UHGV virus genome: UHGV-0033546
Strand: one strand, 5' to 3'
DNA length: 64,000 nucleotides
DNA from: a virus
This document shows positions 48,072 to 57,579 of the stretch, in pieces. The notes beneath the pieces are model-generated. The model saw only the letters and a list, made by a program, of their open reading frames with translations. It ran no database searches and had not been told where the DNA came from. How positions within the stretch are numbered: position 1 is the stretch's first letter; the number at the start of each line of letters is the position of its first letter. A program made the position numbers and the translations under genes.

Positions 48072-48522
48072 AATCCACCACTATTAAATCAATATCAGGA
48101 GTAAACATGTCGATTAATTTAGAAACCTTATCCCAATCACCGCCAGCAATACCACAACCTATACGTGGAATGTAAATTACTGGTTTAAACAAAAGGGTTT
48201 CTGCCTGTAGATTTAATTCTATCATACAGTTTACTAAAGCACCATAATCAAGATTAGAACCCGGTTCGTATTGCGTATACAAATTATAGCACATACTAAA
48301 TCCTGTAGGATTATGTTTAAAAACAATAGACATGTCGCCTAATTTATCACGAGAACCGTACTCGGTAGTGGTTTTATCTATTTCTAAAATTTTGGGATAG
48401 GCTCTTGCTAATTGACCCGCTACGCCAGAGCCCATTGTATGGAAGCAATTGCACCCGTGCGCAATAATATTACCTCCAAGAAAGAGGGCGACAATATCGC
48501 CCTTGATATATTTTACAATCAT
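48043..48522 (-). CDS. macro-domain protein (predicted ADP-ribose binding/hydrolase)
   Basis: 159 aa; YIKGDIVALF..GNIIAHGCNC...MGSGVAGQL and IPRIGCGIAGGDW resemble macro-domain Gly-rich loops. Confidence 0.6.
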   Translation of the reverse strand: MIVKYIKGDIVALFLGGNIIAHGCNCFHTMGSGVAGQLARAYPKILEIDKTTTEYGSRDKLGDMSIVFKHNPTGFSMCYNLYTQYEPGSNLDYGALVNCMIELNLQAETLLFKPVIYIPRIGCGIAGGDWDKVSKLIDMFTPDIDLIVVDYESTLPASV

Positions 48523-48866
48523 CTAGTACTCAATCCTCGATTATAAGAATCTACTAAACGGTCAACCATTGAACGACAAGCGGCTTTGTCTTTTTCCTCC
48601 GCGACTGAGCATTCTAAGGTATTCCATTTTTTAGCATATCGTTTTAATAATGTATCGTTTTTGTATCTGCTTGATTTATCTCTTTCTCCGTCTTTATATG
48701 CATATATTAATTTCTGCGCAAATTCAGCTTGACATGCTTTATTTTTCCCACAATAATCTGCCGCAGTGCGGTTTACATACTCTCTAATTTCAGTATATGA
48801 TGTATCTGCTGACGCAGAAGCAGAAATTGAAATTAATCCTATACATAAAACCAAAATTTTAGTCAT
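48519..48866 (-). CDS. secreted hypothetical protein
   Basis: 115 aa; signal peptide MTKILVLCIGLISISASASA. Confidence 0.5.
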   Translation of the reverse strand: MTKILVLCIGLISISASASADTSYTEIREYVNRTAADYCGKNKACQAEFAQKLIYAYKDGERDKSSRYKNDTLLKRYAKKWNTLECSVAEEKDKAACRSMVDRLVDSYNRGLSTR

Positions 48867-49404
48867 TTACTATTTCCAAAAGTTTATTATTTTTAAGGTA
48901 ATTAGCCTTTTCTAGGACTTCAGAAGCATATTTAGAACCTGCTTTAACATTCCATCCCGAATTATAAGAGGATATTGCTTTTCTTATATCGCCCTTATGT
49001 ATATTTAACCAATAAGAAAGTTCAATGTACGCCCAGGAAGCTGAATTGGACCGTTTATTCAACATTCTTTTTATTTCAGCATCGGTCATATTATAACCAA
49101 GTTCCTTAACTCTTGCTCGCATAGTTGGCAAATAATTTTGGAACATTCCATAGGCATGATGCTTTGGTTTAGATTTTAAATTAACTCCGCCAGAGCTTTC
49201 TTGCCATAAAATGGCTGCCATTATATGACCTAATCCACTCTTATGAACATTTTGGTGTGTTTTATATTTTCCATCCTTAGAAAACTGTTCCCCGAATTGA
49301 TACGCGTAACGCATGTTATCGAGTTGGACATTACTGAAAGTATGCTCGGAGCTATGTGCCATCATAGAAATGGCCAATAGACCAGCGAGTAGTGCTTTTC
49401 TCAT
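48859..49404 (-). CDS. secreted lysozyme-like (SLT-type) protein
   Basis: 181 aa; signal peptide; WQESSGG catalytic-Glu motif. Confidence 0.55.
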   Translation of the reverse strand: MRKALLAGLLAISMMAHSSEHTFSNVQLDNMRYAYQFGEQFSKDGKYKTHQNVHKSGLGHIMAAILWQESSGGVNLKSKPKHHAYGMFQNYLPTMRARVKELGYNMTDAEIKRMLNKRSNSASWAYIELSYWLNIHKGDIRKAISSYNSGWNVKAGSKYASEVLEKANYLKNNKLLEIVND

Positions 49405-49411
49405 GTTTACC

Positions 49412-49873
49412 TCATTGAGTTTTAATTACTGCTTTAGAAGCCTTTCCTGGTAAACGACGACTGTTGATAATTGCCATCCTACATTGAAGTGACGGGTCTT
49501 TGAACTTCGCATTAGGTTTACAAACCGTAAATCCAAGCCAAAGATTTCCATCTGTGATTTCTAAACGTCCAGGACGATATTCAACTCCATCAATAAAATC
49601 CTCGTCAATATCAGGACGCGGAGGCATACTCAGGAATTCATTAACTTCTAAAACATGGTCTTTTATTTTATGGAATAATTCAAAAACATATGTCTCATCA
49701 ATCTCCCGTTGAATTGCACGATCAAGAAGATGTTGAGAATATTTTAGATGAAACGATGAGACTCCTGCTGCTTTTGATGCCTCACGAATCTCATTGTTAA
49801 TTTGACGAAACTCCGACTCAAAGTGACGACGAAGCTTATTTCGACGGATAAAAACTTCTGTGTTGATAGTCAT
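49412..49873 (-). CDS. regB: endoribonuclease RegB
   Basis: 153 aa matching recalled T4 RegB. Confidence 0.85.
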   Translation of the reverse strand: MTINTEVFIRRNKLRRHFESEFRQINNEIREASKAAGVSSFHLKYSQHLLDRAIQREIDETYVFELFHKIKDHVLEVNEFLSMPPRPDIDEDFIDGVEYRPGRLEITDGNLWLGFTVCKPNAKFKDPSLQCRMAIINSRRLPGKASKAVIKTQ

Positions 49874-49899
49874 GTTATTCTCCTCTTAACTGATAGGAA

Positions 49900-49929
49900 A
49901 ATTATACCACAGTCAAGAGGAAAAGTAAA
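49900..49929 (-). promoter_or_regulatory. T4-type early promoter
   Basis: minus strand GTTTACT, 18 nt, TGG-TATAAT upstream of regB. Confidence 0.6.
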
Positions 49930-49932
49930 CAG

Positions 49933-50211
49933 TTATTCTTTAAATCTAATCAATTTATTCATAGACTTTGTAACTTCTGCACGGACCTCATGCAGGTTTT
50001 TAAGCTGTTCAAGACGTTGCTCATAGTAAGCAATTTCATCTTCTTCGAGACAGTCGTCAGAATCTTCTTTAAGATAACGCGCATAGTCCTGGAAAGCTTT
50101 ACGAACTACTTCTTGGAAGTCATCAAGACTTTGAATTTTCTTAGGAGCAACAGATACACGACGAGGGGCGGTATAATACTCGTAACCAAACCCTGCGCTT
50201 AATTGAGCCAT
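49933..50211 (-). CDS. hypothetical protein (one of two Acb2/Vs.4 positional candidates)
   Basis: 92 aa from ATG 50211 (AGGAAA SD); overlaps upstream ORF by 71 nt. Confidence 0.4.
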   Translation of the reverse strand: MAQLSAGFGYEYYTAPRRVSVAPKKIQSLDDFQEVVRKAFQDYARYLKEDSDDCLEEDEIAYYEQRLEQLKNLHEVRAEVTKSMNKLIRFKE

Positions 50212-50476
50212 TAATATTTTTCCTCTGGTTGGAACACTGCACGACAAGCCCACATACTGGCTTCTTTGAGTTTCGTTTAGCAATAGTTAACTGATCGAGG
50301 CTTTCGGCGTAATTCTTCGCGAATTCATAGTCTTCACAATTATCTAGTGCTTCCCAGAATTCGTCATATAAAGCGGAAAAGATAAGTCCTAAACGAACTT
50401 CAGCGTCTTTGATAGCATTCACTTTACCGATTTTCTCTTCAGTATGTGGTTTATAACCTTTAATATCTTCAATCAT
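50141..50476 (-). CDS. hypothetical protein (boundaries uncertain)
   Basis: 111 aa from ATG 50476 (ATGA with upstream stop); low-complexity C-terminus, so a frameshift is possible. Confidence 0.4.
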   Translation of the reverse strand: MIEDIKGYKPHTEEKIGKVNAIKDAEVRLGLIFSALYDEFWEALDNCEDYEFAKNYAESLDQLTIAKRNSKKPVCGLVVQCSNQRKNINGSIKRRVWLRVLYRPSSCICCS

Positions 50477-50690
50477 ATTTGACTTCCTCGCCAGTACCCA
50501 AATCATATTCAACTAAACGAATAGGTTCATGAATGCCATATCCTTGAACAGAAATTTCTGTCGTAGGATAAATTCCATCAATATCACCCATATTCCATGC
50601 CTCATTAAATTGTTGTTCGCCTGAATTACTAAACCATTCAGCGAAAGCATTTAGTACATCTTCAGAACCTTCAATAATTATCTTTGCCAT
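50469..50690 (-). CDS. hypothetical protein
   Basis: 73-aa acidic ORF(-). Confidence 0.45.
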   Translation of the reverse strand: MAKIIIEGSEDVLNAFAEWFSNSGEQQFNEAWNMGDIDGIYPTTEISVQGYGIHEPIRLVEYDLGTGEEVKYD

Positions 50691-51052
50691 TATAAGCTCT
50701 CAGTAAAGGTACGAGCGATAACGTCGCGCTGCTGTTCCGGAGTCAGAGAGTTAAAGCGAACTGCATAACCGGATACACGGATGGTCAGCTGCGGATATTT
50801 TTCCGGATGCTTAACTGCATCTTCCAGAGTTTCACGACGCAGAACGTTAACGTTCAGGTGTTGACCACCTTCAATTTTAACTGTAGGCTGTGACTCAATT
50901 TCAATTTCACGGGCATGCAAACCATAGAAAATTTCTGGGTCTACAAAAGAGTCCTCTTTAAAAGTTTTAGAGACAATAATTCGTGCTTGAATACCATCTT
51001 CAAAATAAATAGTACCTTTATGTGTGCCTTCAAGAATTTGATATGCTTTCAT
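50690..51052 (-). CDS. autonomous glycyl radical cofactor (GrcA/YfiD-like)
   Basis: 120 aa; C-terminal [59 protein letters not shown] with RVSGY glycyl-radical motif. Confidence 0.7.
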   Translation of the reverse strand: MKAYQILEGTHKGTIYFEDGIQARIIVSKTFKEDSFVDPEIFYGLHAREIEIESQPTVKIEGGQHLNVNVLRRETLEDAVKHPEKYPQLTIRVSGYAVRFNSLTPEQQRDVIARTFTESL

Positions 51053-51058
51053 ATAACC

Positions 51059-51388
51059 TCAATTAGAAAATAAATTTATCCAAGATTGTTCTTTAATTAA
51101 AAATGGCTCAGAATCATATGCCATTAAACTTTGGGTAATTAATCCTTTAAATGGTCCATCAATAAATTCCATTGTAAAATATGGAATTTTATTCATTAAC
51201 CGTGCATTAGGAGCAGTGCACAAAACTCTGCATCCTTTGAATACACCTTTCTGTAATTTATATTGCTTGGGATAAAATTCGCTCAAGACGTTGTTATTTG
51301 CTAAAATTTCAAAATGATTCACCAACTTATTTTTAATAGTTTTTGGCGAAAAATAAAGATATTCAAAAAGCTGCGCATCTGTCATCAT
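51059..51388 (-). CDS. hypothetical protein
   Basis: 109 aa from ATG 51388 (ATGATGA junction). Confidence 0.45.
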   Translation of the reverse strand: MMTDAQLFEYLYFSPKTIKNKLVNHFEILANNNVLSEFYPKQYKLQKGVFKGCRVLCTAPNARLMNKIPYFTMEFIDGPFKGLITQSLMAYDSEPFLIKEQSWINLFSN

Positions 51389-51924
51389 TGCATTCCAATT
51401 ACGAAAAACTGTGGACGAGTAATACCACCAATGCAACATTTACTATTGCAGCAGTAGTGTACAGTGTCCATATGGGCGCTATAAATCTTATCCATATCAG
51501 GAGATTTAACAGGCTCATCAATTATATACAAAATTCGCGAAAGCGATAAACCTATAAACTTGCTTCCTTTATTACCAATAAAACTACGGACAGAATCGGT
51601 AAATAAACGAAAACGTATATCGTCATTAGAATAACGCGAAAATTCCTTTTTGATGTTATCTGCAGAAATTTTAGCGTAAGCTGAAGTATTAGAAAGAACA
51701 ATAACTGTTCCGCCATCATACAGCCAATTAGCAGCAAAGTTAGTCACAGCAGTTGATTTACCGGATTGACGTCCACCATCTAGTCGAAGAGTGCAATACT
51801 GTTTAAGCAAGTCTTCAAATGGCAAGATATAATCGTTTTTACAAATTTCTTCTACTCTAGCATCAGAATGGTGTGTAAAAGCATTCATCAGGGATAGATA
51901 AGGACCAGTCAAAAATGTTCTCAT
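51385..51924 (-). CDS. hypothetical P-loop protein
   Basis: 179 aa from ATG 51924; Walker A-like GGRQSGKST. Confidence 0.5.
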   Translation of the reverse strand: MRTFLTGPYLSLMNAFTHHSDARVEEICKNDYILPFEDLLKQYCTLRLDGGRQSGKSTAVTNFAANWLYDGGTVIVLSNTSAYAKISADNIKKEFSRYSNDDIRFRLFTDSVRSFIGNKGSKFIGLSLSRILYIIDEPVKSPDMDKIYSAHMDTVHYCCNSKCCIGGITRPQFFVIGMQ

Positions 51925-52077
51925 TTTGTTCTCTCTAGATTTGGGCCATTCCATGGCACATGAATTGTCCATTCCTGTATTTACCCATTACCGCGCCCGG
52001 GCTCGACCTTATTACAGGTTGGCGGGAATCCCTCACAGAATCATGAGGTCCAGGTTGTTCCCATGTTATTTACTGTA

Positions 52078-52551
52078 TTATTTAAATGATTTGACGTACT
52101 GAACAGAACCTTTGCTATTCACGAAAGCGATTTTACCATTTTTGTTATACATGGTAGCAGTACGCTGATAGCCATAAGTTTGCTTACCAGATTGATAACC
52201 AACTAATGCAAAATTATCTTCGCCCATTTTATTCTGTTTAGCACGAATACGCTCATGACCGTGAGCCATAAGAACCTTAGCATCGCCAGTTGCAATGGAT
52301 CTACGAGTTTTTTCATCTTCAACTGTATTAACAAAGTCGTCAAATGAATCAAATTTAGCATGAGATTTATTATACAGTTTTCCATCTACTGCATAATTAT
52401 ATCCCTGTACATCCATCTCAACTTCTGTACCATCATCCAATACAGCAGTGATTTTTTGACCTTTTTTAAATTTCAAAAGATCAGTAAAAGATTCAGCAAT
52501 AATTTGAGAATTAATAGCTGCTTCAGTGATAAATTCTTGATATGTTTTCAT
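52078..52551 (-). CDS. internal (capsid-packaged) protein
   Basis: 157 aa; N-terminal capsid-targeting sequence MKTYQEFITEA; ip locus next to denV/e. Confidence 0.6.
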   Translation of the reverse strand: MKTYQEFITEAAINSQIIAESFTDLLKFKKGQKITAVLDDGTEVEMDVQGYNYAVDGKLYNKSHAKFDSFDDFVNTVEDEKTRRSIATGDAKVLMAHGHERIRAKQNKMGEDNFALVGYQSGKQTYGYQRTATMYNKNGKIAFVNSKGSVQYVKSFK

Positions 52552-52560
52552 GTGTTTCCT

Positions 52561-52977
52561 TTAAATGTAAATATTTTTACCGTAATACTTATACCAGTGT
52601 GGTTTCATTAAAATTTTTTCATCGAGTCGTTGTTGACTCAACTTAATAGCTGATTTGCATGGGTTATAATCATTTTTCCATTCTACTGGAATATCGCTGA
52701 TGTCAGGAACTTCAGTATCTTTTATACTGAACCCGCGTTTTAAGCATTCCGTTATAATGTCTGATTGACGCTTTCGCAAAAATTCTAACTTATCGTAAAA
52801 GAACGTAACATGACCAGAACCTAAAATAAACTCGGAAGATATTTTAAAATCTTTAACTCTCTTACCATTTGCCACATGTTTACGAACTATACCAAAAACG
52901 CGTGGCAATTCACGGTATTCTGCAATTAAATGCTGATCAGCAAGTTCAGATACTAAAGTCAAATTAATACGAGTCAT
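52561..52977 (-). CDS. denV: endonuclease V (pyrimidine dimer glycosylase)
   Basis: 138 aa near-identical to recalled T4 endo V. Confidence 0.9.
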   Translation of the reverse strand: MTRINLTLVSELADQHLIAEYRELPRVFGIVRKHVANGKRVKDFKISSEFILGSGHVTFFYDKLEFLRKRQSDIITECLKRGFSIKDTEVPDISDIPVEWKNDYNPCKSAIKLSQQRLDEKILMKPHWYKYYGKNIYI

Positions 52978-53002
52978 TTTATCCCTCCAAGTAACTGTGA
53001 AT

Positions 53003-53032
53003 ATACTATCACAATTCTAGGAGAAAGTAAAC
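53003..53032 (-). promoter_or_regulatory. T4-type early promoter
   Basis: minus strand GTTTACT, 18 nt, TAGTAT upstream of denV. Confidence 0.55.
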
Positions 53033-53036
53033 AACT

Positions 53037-53567
<531 letters not shown>

Positions 53568-54008
53568 TTAAAAGAGGTTGTTCATTATTCGGTAAAGTGA
53601 AGGACCCATCACATATTGCCATTGAGTACGAGGAATAAGAGCAAAAGCGTCCATCTCTGGAATCATAACTCCATCTTTATTTTCAAAATAAGACTCGCAA
53701 TGGCAATTTCTGAACATCTCATGCTCTACTGGAATCGTATAATAAAATAACTGCAGGTCTTTATTACTAGAATATTTAAATACACCTAGGTCTTCTAGAA
53801 GGTCTGGATTATAATTGCTAAAACCAGTCTCTTCTAAGCATTCTCTTTTTGCAGCTTCCAGCGCATTCAAATCAGAACTTTCTACACGCCCCTTTGGAAT
53901 ATCCCAACGATGCGCCATCATTCCAGGCTTACGAGAACCGGTGACCCGCCCCATAAATAAATCTTTATCTTCTGTCATAAAGATAATACCAGCTGATAGT
54001 GTTTTCAT
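53568..54008 (-). CDS. nudE: Nudix hydrolase NudE
   Basis: 146 aa; Nudix box GRVESSDLNALEAAKRECLEETGF. Confidence 0.75.
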   Translation of the reverse strand: MKTLSAGIIFMTEDKDLFMGRVTGSRKPGMMAHRWDIPKGRVESSDLNALEAAKRECLEETGFSNYNPDLLEDLGVFKYSSNKDLQLFYYTIPVEHEMFRNCHCESYFENKDGVMIPEMDAFALIPRTQWQYVMGPSLYRIMNNLF

Positions 54009-54493
54009 TTTAATTTCCTACATTCAGTGATAAAGTTATTTAAATTTTGAGTATATTTCTTTTCATCAAAAATCTTTTGTTGTCTACGTAAACGCCATGG
54101 CATTTCAATGAACACACACCATATTCCTGATATTACTGCTGTTATAAAAACATTAACAAGCAGAGTAAAAAGAGCCCAATCTCCTATTCTATCCATTGGA
54201 TTTTTTCCAAAGAAATAAAATACGAATGATGACATAGGAAAACTAATGATATACCACAGAAGCATATTCTTGCCTGTAAACCAATCAGCGTTCGTTAACT
54301 TAGCGCGACCGTTTTGAATACACACGAATTTATCGTCTGTTAAAGTAGATGGCTTAACTGCTTGATATCCCATTCTAAACTCCCTAATTAACAAATTTTT
54401 CATATCTTCGGAACAACCATTCCAGTCAACTCTATCAACTGAAATGCCATCATCCCCATCATCTAAATCATACCAGCGAGTTTTAAAAATCAT
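54005..54493 (-). CDS. hypothetical membrane protein
   Basis: 162 aa; two TM segments. Confidence 0.5.
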   Translation of the reverse strand: MIFKTRWYDLDDGDDGISVDRVDWNGCSEDMKNLLIREFRMGYQAVKPSTLTDDKFVCIQNGRAKLTNADWFTGKNMLLWYIISFPMSSFVFYFFGKNPMDRIGDWALFTLLVNVFITAVISGIWCVFIEMPWRLRRQQKIFDEKKYTQNLNNFITECRKLK

Positions 54494-54852
54494 TTAATTT
54501 TCCTACAATCACTCACAAACTCTTTCATTGATTCGTTTTCAATATAAGACATGTAGCTATTATATTCCTTTAATTGTATTTTGTAATCCTTTTTTCTTTG
54601 CCAATTTATTTTAAAATTATCATAATGAAAATATAACATGGTACCAAAGAATGAAAATAATGAAATCGCTATAGTATAACGAAGTTCACTCCAAACCTCT
54701 GTTATAATTACTGTGCCGTCAATGTTTAAAATAAAACAGTCAATTAACAATCCAATAAGACTACCAGCAAGAGCTGTAAATACTGATACGGCAAGAATTA
54801 ATAGTGCCTCAGGAAACGAATATTTGACTTTATTTAATTTTGGCTTTTGCAT
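54490..54852 (-). CDS. hypothetical membrane protein
   Basis: 120 aa; three TM segments. Confidence 0.5.
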   Translation of the reverse strand: MQKPKLNKVKYSFPEALLILAVSVFTALAGSLIGLLIDCFILNIDGTVIITEVWSELRYTIAISLFSFFGTMLYFHYDNFKINWQRKKDYKIQLKEYNSYMSYIENESMKEFVSDCRKIK

Positions 54853-54921
54853 CGTGATTCCTTAACAAATTTCATAATTTCATCAAATTCATACGCAGCA
54901 AGTTTAAGTTGGTGTTCCTTT

Positions 54922-55221
54922 TTAATCTTTCCAATCGCGTACGCGTTTACGGTAATGTCTTCCTTGATACCAGTATCCTATCCAATTTACGGGTACTAAT
55001 AAAAGTGGAATTATCATTGGAAGAATTAGTGTTGACACAAATATTACACCAAATTTATTGGCAGTCATAACGTCTATAACCATTCCAACTACAAATGATA
55101 CAACTACCACAGGACCCATTAATACATCAGTAGAAATTATCTGACGCTTTAATTCATACTTCAACGGTTTACTTGGAAGGTATAGTGATGGTTTTGACAT
55201 ATTCTCTACATTCCTTAACAA
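54922..55221 (-). CDS. hypothetical membrane protein
   Basis: 99-aa ORF(-); start may be ATG 55200. Confidence 0.45.
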   Translation of the reverse strand: MLRNVENMSKPSLYLPSKPLKYELKRQIISTDVLMGPVVVVSFVVGMVIDVMTANKFGVIFVSTLILPMIIPLLLVPVNWIGYWYQGRHYRKRVRDWKD

Positions 55222-55783
55222 ATTTTTCTAATAATAAATCGCTTTCAAAATTGGGATTTTCTACGAATTTATCAAAAAGATCATCAACAATAGTTAAGAT
55301 ATTCTTTTTACTAAGAATACGTTTATTTTCATGCTTCGTTTCAGAATCAACTATAAGAGTAAAGAAATATTTCTTGCCATGAAATTTTACAGTAGTATCA
55401 ATATAGAACAAATTTGACTTTTGTAAATTACGTTTAAACCATGCGTCACTTAAACTATAAACGCCAAGATAATCATAATCGTCATTTAAATAACAAACTG
55501 TCCATTCAGGAGAAATGAAATCAGTAAATTCAACATCAAAATCACATGTCAATGAATGAATTGATTCAATGCTGTTAATAAGTATTCCAGGACGTATTAA
55601 AGACTTTTTACCTCTGGAAAATCTTCCAGAAAGGCTTTCATCAGTTTCATATGAAGAACCCCAATAATAATTACGTCCTTCTGCCATACGTTTAAGAGCA
55701 TTTAGTAATTGGTCTGGAACATCAACCTGTCTTTGGAACTCTTCAAACATTGAATTGAAATCACTTTGCATTTTCATTTTCAT
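55169..55783 (-). CDS. hypothetical protein
   Basis: 204-aa ORF(-). Confidence 0.5.
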   Translation of the reverse strand: MKMKMQSDFNSMFEEFQRQVDVPDQLLNALKRMAEGRNYYWGSSYETDESLSGRFSRGKKSLIRPGILINSIESIHSLTCDFDVEFTDFISPEWTVCYLNDDYDYLGVYSLSDAWFKRNLQKSNLFYIDTTVKFHGKKYFFTLIVDSETKHENKRILSKKNILTIVDDLFDKFVENPNFESDLLLEKFVKECREYVKTITIPSK

Positions 55784-55803
55784 TCCTATTTACTCCAAGT
55801 AAT

Positions 55804-55819
55804 AGGGGCCGAAGCCCCT
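55804..55819 (-). terminator. CUUCGG-tetraloop hairpin
   Basis: AGGGGC-UUCG-GCCCCU on minus strand just downstream of 55825..56418. Confidence 0.45.
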
Positions 55820-55824
55820 TATCA

Positions 55825-56418
55825 TTATTTCAGAGAATTAATGTATTCCTGAACATCGGCAGAGGTAGTTTCAACCCCAGAAATATTACCGTTAAAGGTT
55901 TCAACTCGAGCAAGGGTATCTTCAATATCAACCTTAGTCAGTGCTGCAATTTCAACTACATCATCGGCAGTACTAATTCCAAGGGCATTTGCTGCACGAG
56001 TTTCACGGATATATTCCAATTTAACCGCAAGTTCTTGACGAGCATCATCTAACTCAACTACTTTCTTGGCGATTTCAATTCGCATTTCAGCATAACCGTC
56101 AGCCTTAGTAGTCAACTGCTCAGCTGTTCGACGATATAGTAAACCGAGTTTAGCATGCATTGTTACATCTTGACCTTCGGAAAGAAGTTTACGAATTTCA
56201 CGCTCTTTTGATTCGGCCTGTCGATTCTTTTCGATAACAAGTTCACGAATACGTTTTTCTTCGTTAATAGATTTAATAGAAGCAGTTTTTAGATCTTTAA
56301 TTTTATCAAGTAGTTTTGCTGCTGCAGCAGTATACTGTTCTTCGACAGATAGATTTTTAGCCATAGCAGAACCAAGTTTAGTGCGAATAAACTCAACAAT
56401 TTTCTTCAGTGTGTTCAT
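55825..56418 (-). CDS. coiled-coil protein, possible PspA/IM30-like
   Basis: 197 aa predicted all-helical; architecture resembles PspA; weak evidence. Confidence 0.45.
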   Translation of the reverse strand: MNTLKKIVEFIRTKLGSAMAKNLSVEEQYTAAAAKLLDKIKDLKTASIKSINEEKRIRELVIEKNRQAESKEREIRKLLSEGQDVTMHAKLGLLYRRTAEQLTTKADGYAEMRIEIAKKVVELDDARQELAVKLEYIRETRAANALGISTADDVVEIAALTKVDIEDTLARVETFNGNISGVETTSADVQEYINSLK

Positions 56419-56522
56419 AGTATTTCCTTAGGTTGATTAAGATTTAAAATCCGTAAAAGTAGTATTATACTCTATCATCAAGTCACAGGCTCATAATATC
56501 TCAATCATGAGCCTATGTAAAC

Positions 56523-56798
56523 TTATTTCATATTATTGAAATATTCTTCTGCGATTTCGTCGTTATCATGGTAAACTTTAGAAGACAGTTTAACATAACC
56601 TTCAGCAGTGAACATGTTAATCACAACCTTTACAGTATACCACTGACCGTCTTCATTACCCATTACTGCGTAAGTTTCAAACATCGGATGATCAGGACCG
56701 ATAACTTTAATATCATTCACTGTACGACCAAAATCTTCTGAAACGCATTTCATAAAGAAGTTAAACAGTTCGCCGTAATTATCCATTTCATTCTCCAA
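56523..56798 (-). CDS. hypothetical protein
   Basis: 91-aa acidic ORF(-). Confidence 0.5.
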   Translation of the reverse strand: MENEMDNYGELFNFFMKCVSEDFGRTVNDIKVIGPDHPMFETYAVMGNEDGQWYTVKVVINMFTAEGYVKLSSKVYHDNDEIAEEYFNNMK

Positions 56799-56829
56799 GT
56801 TGTTTTCTGTATCAGTAGTTGATAGTTGT

Positions 56830-56859
56830 ATAGTACCATGGAAGAACAGTCTTGTAAAC
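56830..56859 (-). promoter_or_regulatory. T4-type early promoter
   Basis: minus strand GTTTACA, 18 nt, TGG-TACTAT; part of 63-bp repeat shared with 13666..13728. Confidence 0.55.
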
Positions 56860-56992
56860 AGTTTTGTGAAAAAATTTTTAAAAATTTTTAGGGAATTCTA
56901 GGGCAGGGAGGGGAAATTAAAAGGTAGGATAATATATTATAAAGGGTATAAACTAAATGATGCCTAGAAAGGCCCGGAAAGGCCTAGATACC

Positions 56993-57020
56993 AAAAAGCC
57001 CCAACCTTTCGGCTGGGGCT
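56993..57020 (-). terminator. intrinsic terminator (repeat copy 1)
   Basis: AGCCCCAGCC-GAAA-GGUUGGGGCU hairpin + T5 on minus strand; near-identical copy at 57551..57579. Confidence 0.6.
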
Positions 57021-57027
57021 AAGAATG

Positions 57028-57501
57028 TTATTTGATTTGTTTAGCAGACCAAATGCGGTCTTTAATAATTTTTTGGATGTCTTCAACATACTCTAGGTCA
57101 TGAGCATGTGGATTATCTTTAAAACTATGAGCTCGCGCAAGTTTCTGGCCTTCGGTCTTAATTACCAAAAGTTCTTTAAGGATAGCTTCATATTTAGAGA
57201 TAATTCCTTTAACAATATTTTTCTCTTGTGCGGCTTTAGGATCTGCTTTAGGAGCAGGTTTACCCGAAGCCTTTGCAAAAGCAGCTCCAGTAGCAACTAG
57301 ACTTTTCCAGGCCATACTAACCGCATTTCCCGTAAATCCTTCTGCTTTCATGTCGCGAGCAAATTGGAATCGTGATTCGTCAGAAGCATCTTTATAAGAA
57401 TATTTACCCGCTGCAATGGCTGCTTTTGCAACAGCTTGAATTTCGGTGCTAGATGCTTCATTTAACACCGCTTCATTTAAAAATTGAGTATATGATTTCA
57501 T
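57028..57501 (-). CDS. internal (capsid-packaged) protein
   Basis: 157 aa; capsid-targeting-like N-terminus MKSYTQFLNEA; Ala/Lys-rich; flanked by duplicated terminators. Confidence 0.6.
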   Translation of the reverse strand: MKSYTQFLNEAVLNEASSTEIQAVAKAAIAAGKYSYKDASDESRFQFARDMKAEGFTGNAVSMAWKSLVATGAAFAKASGKPAPKADPKAAQEKNIVKGIISKYEAILKELLVIKTEGQKLARAHSFKDNPHAHDLEYVEDIQKIIKDRIWSAKQIK

Positions 57502-57541
57502 CTTATTTCCTGTTTTAATTCGTGGATTTAATATACTACTA

Positions 57542-57549
57542 TATTTATA
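57542..57549 (-). promoter_or_regulatory. late promoter TATAAATA
   Basis: exact TATAAATA on minus strand about 40 nt upstream of 57501 ATG. Confidence 0.5.
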
Positions 57550-57550
57550 C

Positions 57551-57579
57551 TAAAAAGCCCCAACCTTTCGGTCGGGGCT
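57551..57579 (-). terminator. intrinsic terminator (repeat copy 2)
   Basis: AGCCCCGACC-GAAA-GGUUGGGGCU hairpin + T5 on minus strand. Confidence 0.6.
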
